Part shown: positions 13,580-26,356 of the stretch, piece by piece
Numbering within the stretch: the first letter of the stretch is position 1
Layout of the letters: each line of letters starts with the position of its first letter
Assembly (NCBI RefSeq): GCF_009914755.1
Contig: NC_060931.1
DNA from: the human T2T-CHM13v2.0 reference genome, Homo sapiens
Direction: 5' to 3' (one strand)
DNA: 64,000 nucleotides
Position numbers and translations under genes: made by a program
Notes under the pieces: generated by a model
What the model was told of the DNA's origin: nothing
Databases searched by the model: none
Seen by the model: only the letters and a program-made list of their open reading frames with translations

Positions 13580-14045
13580 CCTAGGCCTATCCATGGGTCG
13601 AGATCATCAATGTCACTCACTTCAACCACTTGTCACACTAGAAGGCCTTCAGGACCAATAAAACACATAGAACTGTAATCTTCTATGATAACAACAGCTT
13701 CTTCTGACATGCCTTCTGAAAGACCTACCTGAGGTTATTTTATCATTAACATTTTTTAATAAATAGGAGTATAGTAAATACAAAATCAATAACAGTGGTT
13801 TATTATTATAAAATATGTGTTGTATATAATTATGTGTGCTAGACTTTTATACAACTGGCAGTGCAGTGGGTTTTTTCACACCAGCATCACCATAAACCTG
13901 TGAGTCATGCATTGTGCTGTGACATTACGATGGCTATGATGTCACTACACAACAGGAATTTTTGAGCGCCATTAAAATCTTATGGGAACACTGTCTTATA
14001 TGTAGTCCATCATTGACCAAAACATCATTATGTGACTCATGACTG
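12829..14045 (+). mobile_element. Tigger3b (MER7/GOLEM-type) DNA transposon
   Basis: ~1.2 kb with degenerate TIRs (CAGTTACAC... / ...CATGACTG), TA on both sides (12827-12828, 14046-14047), and internal GTACTTACACAAACC and TAGCCTATTGCTCCTAG motifs. Confidence 0.88.
13498..13576. repeat. (CA)n microsatellite with preceding purine-pyrimidine tract, inside Tigger3b
   Basis: About 22 CA units seen directly. Confidence 0.95.
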
Positions 14046-14206
14046 TACCTGGGCATGAATAGCTGTATCTGTGAGAAAATAGAGAGTATTTTAGTTACAT
14101 TTATCTCTTCTTACCTGATTTAAATTTTATTTTTGTAATTATGTCTTCCTGGTGCACTAAGAGTTGTATAGTCAACCCTCTAGATTCATATGCTCCACAT
14201 ATATGT

Positions 14207-14562
<356 letters not shown>

Positions 14563-14682
14563 AAACTTTCTTTTTTGTTTATTACATAGATTAGAGGTTT
14601 CTATGTTGCCCAGGCTGGCCTCGAATGCCTAGCCTCGCCTCCTTATGCATCAGGACAACAGTCCTGAGCCATCGCGGCTCCC
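14563..14682 (-). mobile_element. Probable ASR (Alu/snaR-related) short Pol III retrocopy with A-rich tail
   Basis: Reverse complement GGGAGCCGCGATGGCTCAGGACTGTTGTCCTG...GGAGGCGAGGCTAGGCATTCGAGGCCAGCCTGGGCAACATAGAAACC plus A tail. This is an internally deleted left-monomer derivative with a snaR-like 5' end. Confidence 0.65.
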
Positions 14683-17600
14683 ATGAAATATTTAAATATT
14701 ATTATTTCTCTTGCAAACTTGGATGACCATTGATATTAGGGGCTAGTTTTATTTTTTTATCTCTAATACCTAACATCACAGATTCTCGTTCAATTTACCC
14801 AATAAATTAGCTGATTATATGCAAACTGATTATTGCCATCCTGTTAAATTTTGTGATGATGTAAGGAAAAAATAAATATATACTTTATATGAATATGGAA
14901 TTGTGCAGGCATAGGGATACTTCTCTATCACTGAAACTATTTTACTATGCAAAACATAGTTTCGTTTAATAAGTATTTACTATGTGTCCCCTATATTCTT
15001 AGCCCCAAACTAGGTGTTGCTGTATTAGTAAGGACAGCATGTGAAGCATGTTATTTTTTTTCATTGCCTCCAAGTGGAATCTATAATAAAACCAAAGCCA
15101 TACTTGAGTTATTTCAGAGAAATACTATTTAGAAAGACAGTTCCATATTTTCAGGCAACTTAGCAGGTCAGATTTCTTCGGGTTCTTTGCATGGCTGAGT
15201 TAAAGAGCTAGAACGTATATAAAAGCTTAGTGAACTGTGTTTGCAATTTCACTGAACAGCCATTAGTAATACCTCACTTTGTTGGGTTTCAAGCGTAACC
15301 ACTGTAGTGATCTCTTATGATTAAATTGCAATTCTGCTGAACTGCATGAGTAAAGATGGACATGAAGTTGATATGGCATCTATGGGTTACAGCTTGGCTA
15401 TAATGTTTGTCCACATGAAGTCTCTCCCTTTATATGTATCACACCCAAATGTACAATTAAACTAGAACGTAAGATTGAATTATTTTGAGGAAGGAAACTA
15501 ACTGCTAATAAAACAGAACTTCTACCTATGATTAAACCATTCCCAAGCCACTCTTTACTGGTACAAAATTTCCCTTAAAAAAGCCAAAGCTTTTAAATGT
15601 ATTATATTGATAAGCTAACCCTATTAATCAATAAGAAACTTTTTTTTTATAAAGTCAATGAACCACTAAAAGCATTTGAAAATGTCAATGAAAGTGAAAA
15701 GTTTTAAGGCACAAATTCTCTAATTACTACTGAAACCCTAATTAACAGGAAATTATGGAAGTCTAAATAGCACTTGCCGATTCATCATCTGGGACATATT
15801 TTCCCCTGGCTACATTTGCTGCCACTGCTGGATGAATAGTCAATAATTATTATTTGGTATCACACATTTCATAGAAACTGTCAGAACATTCAATTAGTCA
15901 GGAATGATAAAATGGCAACAAAAGTGTTAGGAATAATGAATTGGTGATATAAGTCATCAATGTGTGATACATGTATTTTTTAAAATTTTCATAGTCTACT
16001 GGTTATTAAATGTAATCATGACTGGTAAAAGCAGATGAACTGTGATTTAGGGACTCAAAAATGTTTAACTCTCACTTGAAAGTGAACTCACATTCGTTTG
16101 ATTATCTTGGTCCTCGCTACACAATAAATCATTACAGAACAGAACCCTCTGCATGAAAATCTCTAGATCTGGGGCCATTGTCTGAAGGCATTTATTACAG
16201 AAAGTTGTACAAATGCCTCAGCTATAATATGATTTCACAGCATGAATGCCATGAACAGCAAGTCTCCAGAGATGCTGTAAAATATTTGTGGCAGCTGAGT
16301 TCTAAGGTTAGAGAACTCTAAGTTTAGACACAATTGATTGGAAAACGTCAGCTTTTCATAGAACGTTTAGACTTTGGCACACAACTTAAGTAGTTAAAGA
16401 ATGTTAAAAATAATTTTAGTTAAAAATCATTTTTTCAGTTCCTGCAAATAAATATATAAGTGACAACCAAAAAGTGACTCCAAACATCTCTATTATTATC
16501 AGCACACCCTTTTGTATTTTTCTGTTTAGTAAAGTCACACATATACAGCTGTATAGCTGTAATTTAGACTGTGCTGCTCCTAAAAATAGGACACTGCAAT
16601 TCTCATTTTGAAAAACTCTCAAGCTTACCAGCCATACCTATTGAAATCATTAATTAGTAAGAAGTGATGATCCGTTATGCTCCATTTCACCTTTGACTGT
16701 TGAAATCACCCCCTAGAGGTAATCACATTATAGTGATAGATGAAGTATTTGGGAAATTTCTGTGATCCAGAGCTACTGGGAAGCAAAAGAATATTTTACA
16801 AGTGTGTAACCAAAGAAGAGTGGTTTAACATAGTATTTCTAATCTTCTAATTCATATTACATTGACTAGAGGAAGATAACTGCTCATTTATGAATTCTTG
16901 AAGGTGGTGACATCTGACATATATCTGAAATGGGAGACTGAATTTAATATCCATAATTAAGTGTCAACATTCATACTTCACTCTCATGCTTGGCAACATT
17001 ACACTGACAATACAGAAGAGTGGTACAGAACTTGCTGTTATGTAGCAGATTTTTAAATGAGCATATTTCAAAGCTCCCCATGAAGTAATGAATTAGAAAT
17101 TGGCTTTGAATTCAACTTGATTGGCAGCTATTATTTGGTACATAGATCTCATGAGACAGTAGTATGTAGTTATACAATAGCTACCAGGAACTCTGCATGA
17201 CATTACGTGGTGGTGATATTAAAAATAATTCTTAGGTTTTCTATTTAAATCAAAATTTTTTGAGGGTTTACTTCATGTTTGTGATGTAAAGTTGGAGTCT
17301 TCCAACACTGCTGTAGAGAATGCAGAATTCAGGATAGAGCGGATGTGTTTTTGACCCTATCCAAGGGGATTTATTACTGGCAATACTAGGAGGATCTCAT
17401 TGTACCAAGGCTTCATTTATAATAAAGTCCCACGGCATGGATCCTGTGGATAACATTACAGTATAGTTTCAGGTTTCTGGGAAAGAGCAGAGCAATTAGA
17501 TATAGAAGAAAGAGTCACTTTTAACATGGTGTTTGGTTATGCACAGTAATTTCTTGTTAGAAAAGTCAATTGAGCTCAGCTATTTTGAGTATATTACAGG

Positions 17601-19064
17601 TACTTGATAAATAATGGTTCCACATTAACAACTATGAGGTGTATCAGGCTGTAGCATATTTAGAATTCTGCTTCTGAGAGAGGCAAGAAGGTAGTGTTAT
17701 AAGATTTTTCAATTATTTTCCTTGCTGCAATCTCAGAAGATTAGCCTTCTACTCTAAAAATATTCACTTACTTTCATTATGCAGGTATCATTCATAAATC
17801 TGAGTTGTCCTTGTGTTTTTATTAACTTACATTTTAATTTTACTTTGGCCTCCAATACCTCTTGTCTCCATCCACTGAAGTGCAAAGTGCTACTTTTTTT
17901 TTTATATTATGGGACATTACTTCATTTAATCGTTATTAGATAGTCCTGAAATTCTTTGAGCCTGAGTTTCTTCATTTGAAATGTCATAATAATGACTAGC
18001 TATATTTTCAAAATAGAATAGATTACAGCACATACAATTTTCTAGCACAGAAGAGGTGCTATTCTCTTTCAGCATCTATTTCCTCTGTGTCACTTTCACT
18101 GTTTTATACAATTTAATTATATTCCCCTTCAAACTTATTTTTTAGAGATTAATGAAGCTCATGTCCTCATATGAAAATTTCTGCAAATTCTTGATTTTAG
18201 CTACTTCTTGTCCTTTCTTCAAACTTTATGTTGTCTTTCTTCAGGCATGCCATCAGAATTGCACTCAAGTCTGGCTTTTTAATCAACTCCTCTGATGTTT
18301 TCTATCTCAAAGGGAAAGCAAAATCATATTAAAACTGGAGCAAATAATGACTTGCTCACTATTACTGTGTCTCTTACCATGCAAGAATTGAGGTTTGATG
18401 GGAACAGTATCTGTGATGTTCATGGCTATATCTTCTTAGTCATCAGTATTATTCTCACCTGTACTGTGGCAGATAGGTACAAAGGGGTGACACAAAGATG
18501 CATTGGGCCAAATGTCCCAGTGGTCTTAAGCAGTCATTGTTGGTGAAGGCTTGACATTAGTGTTAAGTTTGATTGAACAACATATTAAAATTACTTACTT
18601 CCACTAAGATAATAAGAAAGCCTGTTCAAATATATGGTGCATATATTTATTCCTTTATAACGTATCTTAAATCCTTCCTTTTGCTTTCCATCCCTAGTGA
18701 CAACAGTCTTGGGTATACATGTTTTTTTTTTTTTATTTGATGCATGAATTACAAAATTTGTTTTCTAACTAGCTTTCATTTCTCTAGTCCTACTCCCTTT
18801 TACTAATTGTATATACATCACTGTATTAATTTTCATAAAATACAATTGTTCCCTTATGCTGCTTCCATGCTCATACATCCTTGTCAGTTTCTTCCGGATT
18901 TCAGCACAGTTTTCAAGAATTTTTACTCAGTGGCAGATGGAAAGGAACTGGAAGATCCTGAGAGCAAAGAATTAAACAGCTCTCCTCAAATCCCATCCTG
19001 TATCTTTAAAATTCAAATTAATTTTTTATACCTTTCCCTTTTTTCCAAAAATTTGATTTTAGTC

Positions 19065-19369
19065 TGACAAAGACTCTATCCTAGAACAAAGTTTATTCAG
19101 GCTTTTCTGAGCCTGCTTTTGAACTGGGTACTGTCTTTGGCTTGCTTAGCCCAATTTTGGCAGTAATCCTTTTCATGTCTCCTTTCAGTAATTTTCCACC
19201 CACTGACGACCTCCCTCTTCTTATTGGTTTTAAGTCCCCAGCTGTCTTTGCTGTATTTGCAATTGAGCCCTATCTCTCCCTTATTGTGATAGTCATGACA
19301 CTTATCAGTCATATTGCATAAAATCTCCCTTACCATTTTAGCAAGCGTCAGAATAATTTTTATTTAACA
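19065..19369 (+). mobile_element. ERV1 LTR, MER31-like, shortened
   Basis: TGACAAAGACTCT...AAAGTTTATTCAGGCTTTTCTGAGCC start and ...TTTTTATTTAACA end. Confidence 0.6.
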
Positions 19370-20520
19370 GCGGGGAGTGCCAATCATGTTAACCCACACC
19401 CTGGGAGAGAGGAGTTGAATATAACACGGGTTTGACCAGTCACAGTGTTTTTCTCAACTGCAGTTCTCTTAGTGAAGTAATATGGGTGTGAGCCCTAAGC
19501 CACTCAGTACCATGTCCTGCTACCACAATATAGAGAAGGTGATATTAGATAATGAAGATGTCACGTGGACAGAAACAGGGTCGAAGACCAGCTGCTCTCA
19601 AGTCCTTGTTTACAGTTCTCCTTAAGGTCAGCTCTACTTGTGCCCTACCTGGTTGTGTAAGCCAATAATTTGCCTTTTCTTTTTCTTAAATACACTCAAC
19701 AAGGTTTCAGTTTCTTAAAGCTAAAATATTTTGACAGACATATTCACTCAAATGATACTTTTCATCTACCCTCTTTTATTATTTATCTATAATCTTAATT
19801 CCTTGATTACATTATGTATAGTTATGCCTTGTGTAAACCCACAGAACTTAGGCTTTTAATAAATATTTACTAATTTCTCTAATTTTTCCATATGCTTTGA
19901 AATTAAGAAATTACACAATTTGTAACTTTTGGAAATTTAATGTTCTAATCCATCCATCCATTCATTTTCCATGAGATCATAATGTGTGTATTACTCTGTT
20001 CATTTTCTTTAATTCTTTATTTTACTGAACAATATCTTGTGAGCATCATTGTGTCAACTAATAACAACATTTTATCACATAAATACTGCAACTTATATAA
20101 TCCTCTATTTTAAATTATCTAGATTGTTTCCAAAGATTCCCTATGCAAAACACAACCAAATAAAACAAACTCAAATTTTTAGGTTTTCTTATTAGCACAT
20201 TTCTTATATGCTTTGTTATTTTCTGAGGATATATACATTTTGGATATATACATTTTTTAAAAAGTCTTTTTCTGAGGGGATATTTTGCTAAGTAACTCTT
20301 CAGAAATATTGTTCAAATTTATACTTCTAAAAGGATTAATTAACCAATCTTTAATTTTTTCTGAAAAACCGAAACTGTTGTTTTTGTTGTTTATAGTTAA
20401 TTGCATAAGTGTTTTTTGGATTTTTAAATTAAACTTGTTCTTTGTTTAATTTTTATTCCTTCACGTATAAAATTGTGTTTATCTCATTTATGTGTCATTC
20501 TATTGTAGCTATCTTTTTCA

Positions 20521-20820
<300 letters not shown>

Positions 20821-22561
20821 GCTATCTTTTTCTAATTGATTTATTAGAACTACTGACATTAAGGAGGTTAGCATTTGTCATTGACGATGATTATAATGAT
20901 ATTTTGGAGTTATTAGCCCTTTTACTTTTTCTTTCATATATACTGAAAACTTTTGTTAAATTTTGTTTGCATTTAACTTTTAATGAGATGTATTTAGAAA
21001 ATTCATCCATTTTGATCATCATTTTTCTATTACTGTTAATGTTGGCCAGTTCCTATATTTTGGGTCTTATTCATAGAATTTCTACTTGAAATACAGTGGA
21101 AGAAATAGTTCTACTTTTTAAAATGATTAACCAAATATATTTTGTTTTTTATAAATGCATGTAATATATATATTTACATTTAAAGTTCTAGATTATCTAT
21201 AAAGACATATATTATACAAAGCTTTGTCTTACAATTTTGTTTAATTGAATATATGCCATGCGGTAGCAATTTGACAGTGTTTAAACTTCCCGGAAAAGGT
21301 TAGAAGTCAAGGTTAATGAGTAGCAAATTAATGTAATATTAAAATGTTAAGAAAGCCCTGTAGAAAGCCATTCTATACATTTGTTATGAACGATCAATTT
21401 TTCATTAAATTCTTTAAGTGATTTCAATACGTTTTTGGTACAAAACCAACTGCTTTTCTTAATATTTGCCAGAAGATGGTGCTATATTAATAAAGTATAA
21501 TCTTTTCAGTGTTCTAGGAAATACAGATAAATATTGTTGAAGTATTAAAATAAAAGCAGCTCCTAAGGCTTGACAAATAACTGTCTAATGATATGCTCAT
21601 TTTATATGCCTATATCTTAAAAAGAAAAGTTTGTTATGCATTTGGAGGTGAAAGGAATAAAAAGTATCATTTTTTGCTCATATTTTTATTGTTTTTTTCT
21701 TTTCAAGTCATAAGACAATTTGGGTATAAAAAAAGCTGCTCATTAGTGGTTTTTAAAACTAGAGCTACCTAACAAATTTGAAATAATTTTAAAGTCATAT
21801 GCTCACACAAAACATACACATACACACCAATAACTTCTGTGCTGGGTCTGAAAAAAATGGAACAAAAGAAAACAAAACCAAAACTTAAAATTGTGATGAT
21901 TCCATGTAACTAGCCACAAAATAGCTTGTATATTTATTTTTTTTAATATTTAAAAATAGTCAGTTAACATTCATCCCAGAGGCATGTTTACATTGCATTT
22001 TATTTACAGCAAGACACAGTCTTTCATCAGAAGTCCTGCAAGCATCCCTTCAACCACTGATTTAATGTCATTAAATATAGATGTCTTTTAAAAGGCAGTT
22101 AATTTAGTATAAGGGGAAATGCCTCAATGCATGCTAATAATGGGACTTTGTTCAGCATAAAAAATGAAACTTAATAAACACCTTTCCTTCTACATTGCCC
22201 TGGCTCCAGAATTTTCTAATGAGTAGCAACAGGAGCTCAGCAACCACTAAGGCCTGTTAACCTGACTGTAATTGTGTCTAATAAGTAGACAGACCAGAAT
22301 ATTCATCAAAAGTTCAATTGAGGTATTCAGTATTACCTTACCAATTCTTACTAATGACTGGGAAACAAATTATGTGTTTTGAACTTGTTCATGAAGCAAT
22401 GGTTTAGATTCTGTGGGGAAGAAAGAACCATGGACATAGTATAAAACTTTACTAATGAGCAGAAATAGCATTGGTACATATGTTACTTTGTTTTATTTTT
22501 GATGTGATCCTTTCAGTGCCTTCCAAATCTATACAAATACATAGTTGAGCAACAGTTCACT

Positions 22562-22930
22562 CTTTTTTTTTCTTTTACTTTAAGTTCTGAGATACATGTG
22601 CAGAATGTGCAGGTTTGTTACATAGGTATACATGTGCCACAGTGGTTTGCTGCACCCGTCAACCCGTCATCTAGGTTTTAAGCCCCGCATACATTAGGTA
22701 TTTGTCCTAATGCTCTCCCTCCCCTTGCCCTCCACCTCCCTGGCAGGCCCTGGTGTGTGATGTTCCCCTCCTTTTGTCCATATGTTCTCATTGTGCAGCT
22801 CCCACTTATGAGTGAGAACATGTGGTGTTTGGTTTTCTGTTCCTGTGTTAGTTTGCTGATAACGATGGTTTCCAGCTTCATCCATGTCCCTGCAAAGGAC
22901 ACGAACTCATACTTTTTTATGGCTGCACAG
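22562..22930 (-). mobile_element. 5'-truncated L1PA8-like 3' end
   Basis: Poly-T, antisense 3'UTR, and ORF2 C-terminus MSFAGTWMKLETIVISKLTQEQKTKH. Confidence 0.95.
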
Positions 22931-24339
22931 TCTTTTCTTTATAGTACATAGCTGGATCGTTACTCATTATGTTTATTGAGTTCCTTCTATGGGCAGAATA
23001 TCTGTAAAGTATTCAGAACTAAAGGAGGCTTTTAAAAGTAAATAGAAAGCAATGCTTTTGAGAAATAGCCACTTAATTAGTGAGATTGAATCAACATATT
23101 CAGGCAAGCAGTAGCAAAAAAAAAAAAACCCCACATTTTATAGAACTAAGTAATATAATGTAAAATAATTGTGGGATGGATTAGTGCCTGTTTGATTTCT
23201 GATCAATGCTTTTGTTAGAATGTTTTTTTAAGAAAAGCCTAAATATGCTGTTTAAGACTGATAAAAATCTTACCATGTAGATACTATTATCCTTACTTTT
23301 TGATAAATGAAGAAACTAAATCCTGCAGAGGTTGACTAATCTACCCACTCACACAGCTAATAGGCCATGGGACAGGATTTGGATTTAGATCCATTCTGTC
23401 TCCAGAGCCTGAGCACTCTCCACTATGCCAAACAGAACTCCAAAACCCTTTCAAGACACACCTGGCTCCAAGCTTGAGCTCACACTCATTTTGTTTGTCT
23501 CCTAAAGTGAAATTTTAGGTTGCCTGTCTTGACTCTCTTCAGATAAAAATCCCTCAGAAAATTTTTTAGAGTCAGAGTTGAGATTGATTTCTGTGATTCA
23601 TTTGTCACTGTGAAAAGAGATTAGGGCTGAAAGAAAGTGACTCATATGATGGCTCATGTTCACTGCAGCATGACTGGCAGCTTCTAGAACAGAAAAACAG
23701 ACTTCTCCTTTTCTTTGGGGAGTAAGCAGCACGGGGAAATTTTATTCAGTAAAGCTGATGACAATTTTCCTTTAAATTGGACACGAATTCTCCTAGGAAC
23801 ACTGCATAGTAATATTCCTATGCCCATAAAATTTCAAGATAATCTTTTCGAAAAAGAAGTACATTCGTTTTTTTGACAACTGTTTACATTATTTTTTATC
23901 TCATCGAATAATTTCTACAAAATTATATTACACTAGGCTTTTAGAAAAGAGAATTTGCTCTCTAAAGACTCTGAAAACAGAACAATGAAATATCCCTTCC
24001 CTTAATTCGACCCATTCCTTCTAGTATTACTAATTAAATAAGTTAGTTCTCAATTGTCCTCAGATTGTATATGTGATTTGAAATTTCTTTAGAATTTACT
24101 AGTTTGTTAATTATTTCTAAATGGATATATTATTATTAGAAAGTGTCTTATTTATTTTATCTAGACTAGTTTTGATTCCTAGTTTCTAACAGATGAAGCC
24201 AAAACCAGTTTGGGGTAATAATTCATGATTACTCTAGAAACTATATCTAAGTCATTGACCAAACTATCTGTTAATCAAGTTATAGTTAAGAAATGCAGAG
24301 GCTTTTCAAGTTATGAATAAATCTGTATTGAAAGACAGT

Positions 24340-24570
24340 AACTCTGAGGAGTTGAAACAAAACTTTGGAGTCAGATAAAACTGAGCACAAATCACAGTGA
24401 TAAGTTAGATGTTACTTAAATTCCCTCAGCTTTGTTTTCTTCTGATCAGTTTCTCTAAAGATTTTTTTAAAAAATTAAATGGGATTACATATGTGTGTGG
24501 GGGGGTATTGTATCTACATTATTTAGCTTACTATTTGGTACTTAGTAAGTGCTCAAATGGTAACTTGTTG
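24340..24570 (+). mobile_element. MIR
   Basis: CTTTGGAGTCAGA...GTTACTTAAATTCCCTCAGCTTTGTTTTCT...TAGTAAGTGCTCAAAT. Confidence 0.65.
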
Positions 24571-24659
24571 TTTTATTTTTTTTTCTTTTGATGTTTTTCA
24601 AGTCTTCATCCTCAGTCCTTTCATTAAAGATGTGCTCAGTTTCTTATATTACGTAGAGA

Positions 24660-25050
24660 ATGGCCAATTATCTATTGTCAGGATAATGCTGTCTAACAAA
24701 CAACTAAAACATTCAGTGACATACAGCAATAGATGTTTTTGCTTACCAGTCCTTGATTTGGTGACCTAGTCTTGGCAGAACGCATTTCTATTGCTGGGAA
24801 CAGGATTCTTTAGGACTATTTCATTTGGGTCATCTTGTCTCTGATTCGCATGTTCTCTCAACCTTCAGCTAATCCATCCTGGACTGGTTCTCTTCCAAGA
24901 AAGAGTATGAGGAAGTGGGCAAGGTTATTGAGGCTGAGGTTTGGATGGCCAAATTCTCTACCTCATGAAGGAAGAAGCTGAAAAGTCACAGGACGAAAGA
25001 TGTGGACAGAGAAAAAGGTAGAGAATTGGGGCTATTTTTACAATTAAACT
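24660..25050 (-). mobile_element. Old MaLR LTR (MLT1H/I/J-like)
   Basis: ATAATGCTGTCTAACAAACAACTAAAACATTCAGTG resembles an antisense MLT1 3' terminus. Confidence 0.5.
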
Positions 25051-25093
25051 TCCATAAATATAAGAAGATGAGGTGGGACTTCTTGAAGAAGAT

Positions 25094-25559
25094 GTTTTAT
25101 TAGGGTTCTTCAGAGAGACAGAACTAATAATATATATTGTGACCTTATATATTGTTTATATCTTATATATTATTGGTTCTGTCTCTCTGGAGAACCCTGT
25201 TTAATAGAACATTTCTTTGAAGAAGTCCCTTTTTCTTAGCCACCTCATTTTACAGATAGACAGGTAGAGATAGAGATGTAGGAGAGGGGATTTATTAGGG
25301 GAATTTACTTAGGTGATTATGGAGGCTGAGAAGTCCCATAATAAATAAACTGGAGATCTAGGGAAGATGGTGGCTTGGGCAAGTCCAAGTTCAGAAGCCT
25401 CAAAATCAGGAAAGCAAAAGGTGTAGCTCTCAGGCTGAAGCTGAAGGCCTGAGAACCTGGGAGACCATTGGTGCCAGTTCCAGAGTTCAACGGATGGAGA
25501 ACCTGGAGTTCTGAGGTCCAAAGGCAGGAAAAAAAGAGTGTCCCAGCTCCAGGAGAGAG

Positions 25560-25645
<86 letters not shown>

Positions 25646-25909
25646 GAAGAGACAGAGAGAGAGGAGACAGAGAGAAGAGAGAGAATTTGCTTTTTCTTTG
25701 CCCTTTTTGTTCTATTCCAGCCCTCAGCCAAGTGGAATGGATGGTGCTTGCTCATGTTGGGTGAGGGTGGATCTTCCTTACTCAGTCCACTGATTTAAAA
25801 ATGAATCTCTTCCGGAAACATCTTCAGAGACATTCCGAGAAATAATGATTTTACAGCTATCTCAGTATGTCTTTATCTAGTCAATCTGACACCTGAAATT
25901 AACCATTAA
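25094..25909 (-). mobile_element. MLT2 (ERVL) solo LTR with internal GA-rich repeat
   Basis: TATTAGGGTTCTTCAGAGAGACAGAAC at one end and CTGACACCTGAAATTAACCAT at the other are antisense MLT2 termini. Confidence 0.85.
25554..25684. repeat. (GA)n-rich polypurine microsatellite
   Basis: About 130-bp GA tract; source of the ERER/SLSL ORFs. Confidence 0.95.
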
Positions 25910-26252
25910 AGATGCAAATCAGTTTTTTGAAATTTTTTACATCTGTTACTTTAGAGTTCTCAAGACTTTTAGCTCCAGAATTATTAGAGGGAATTGCTTT
26001 TTATATAAATAATAATAATAATGGCTAATCATTATTGACTATATAATGTGTGTTAGATATGTTGGTGTTTCACATGCCTTTTCTTATTTAAATTTCACAG
26101 TGGCTTTTCAGAGTAGATATTGTTATTGCCTCTATTTTAGAGGATAGTGAGTCTTAGAGAAATAAATTGTGTATTCATGGTCAGATGGCTAATAAGCAGC
26201 AGAATCAAGATTTGAAGCCACGATAGTTAGACTATAGAAATCGCTCTGCAAA

Positions 26253-26356
26253 GGAGCTTGCGGTGAGCCGAGATCGCCCCACTGCCCTCCAGCCTGGGCA
26301 ACAGAGCGAGACTCCATCTCAAAAAAAAAAAGAAAGAAAAAAAAAAGAAAAGAAAA
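26253..26356 (+). mobile_element. Severely 5'-truncated AluY-like element inserted in a MIR
   Basis: Only the last ~67 nt (GGAGCTTGC...) plus A tail; 17-bp TSD AGAAAT(C/T)GCTCTGCAAA at 26236-26252 and 26357-26373. Confidence 0.92.

Noticed and set aside
25309-25798. ER-rich and SL-rich ORFs of 86-148 aa
   Set aside because: They are translations of a (GA)n microsatellite inside an MLT2 LTR.
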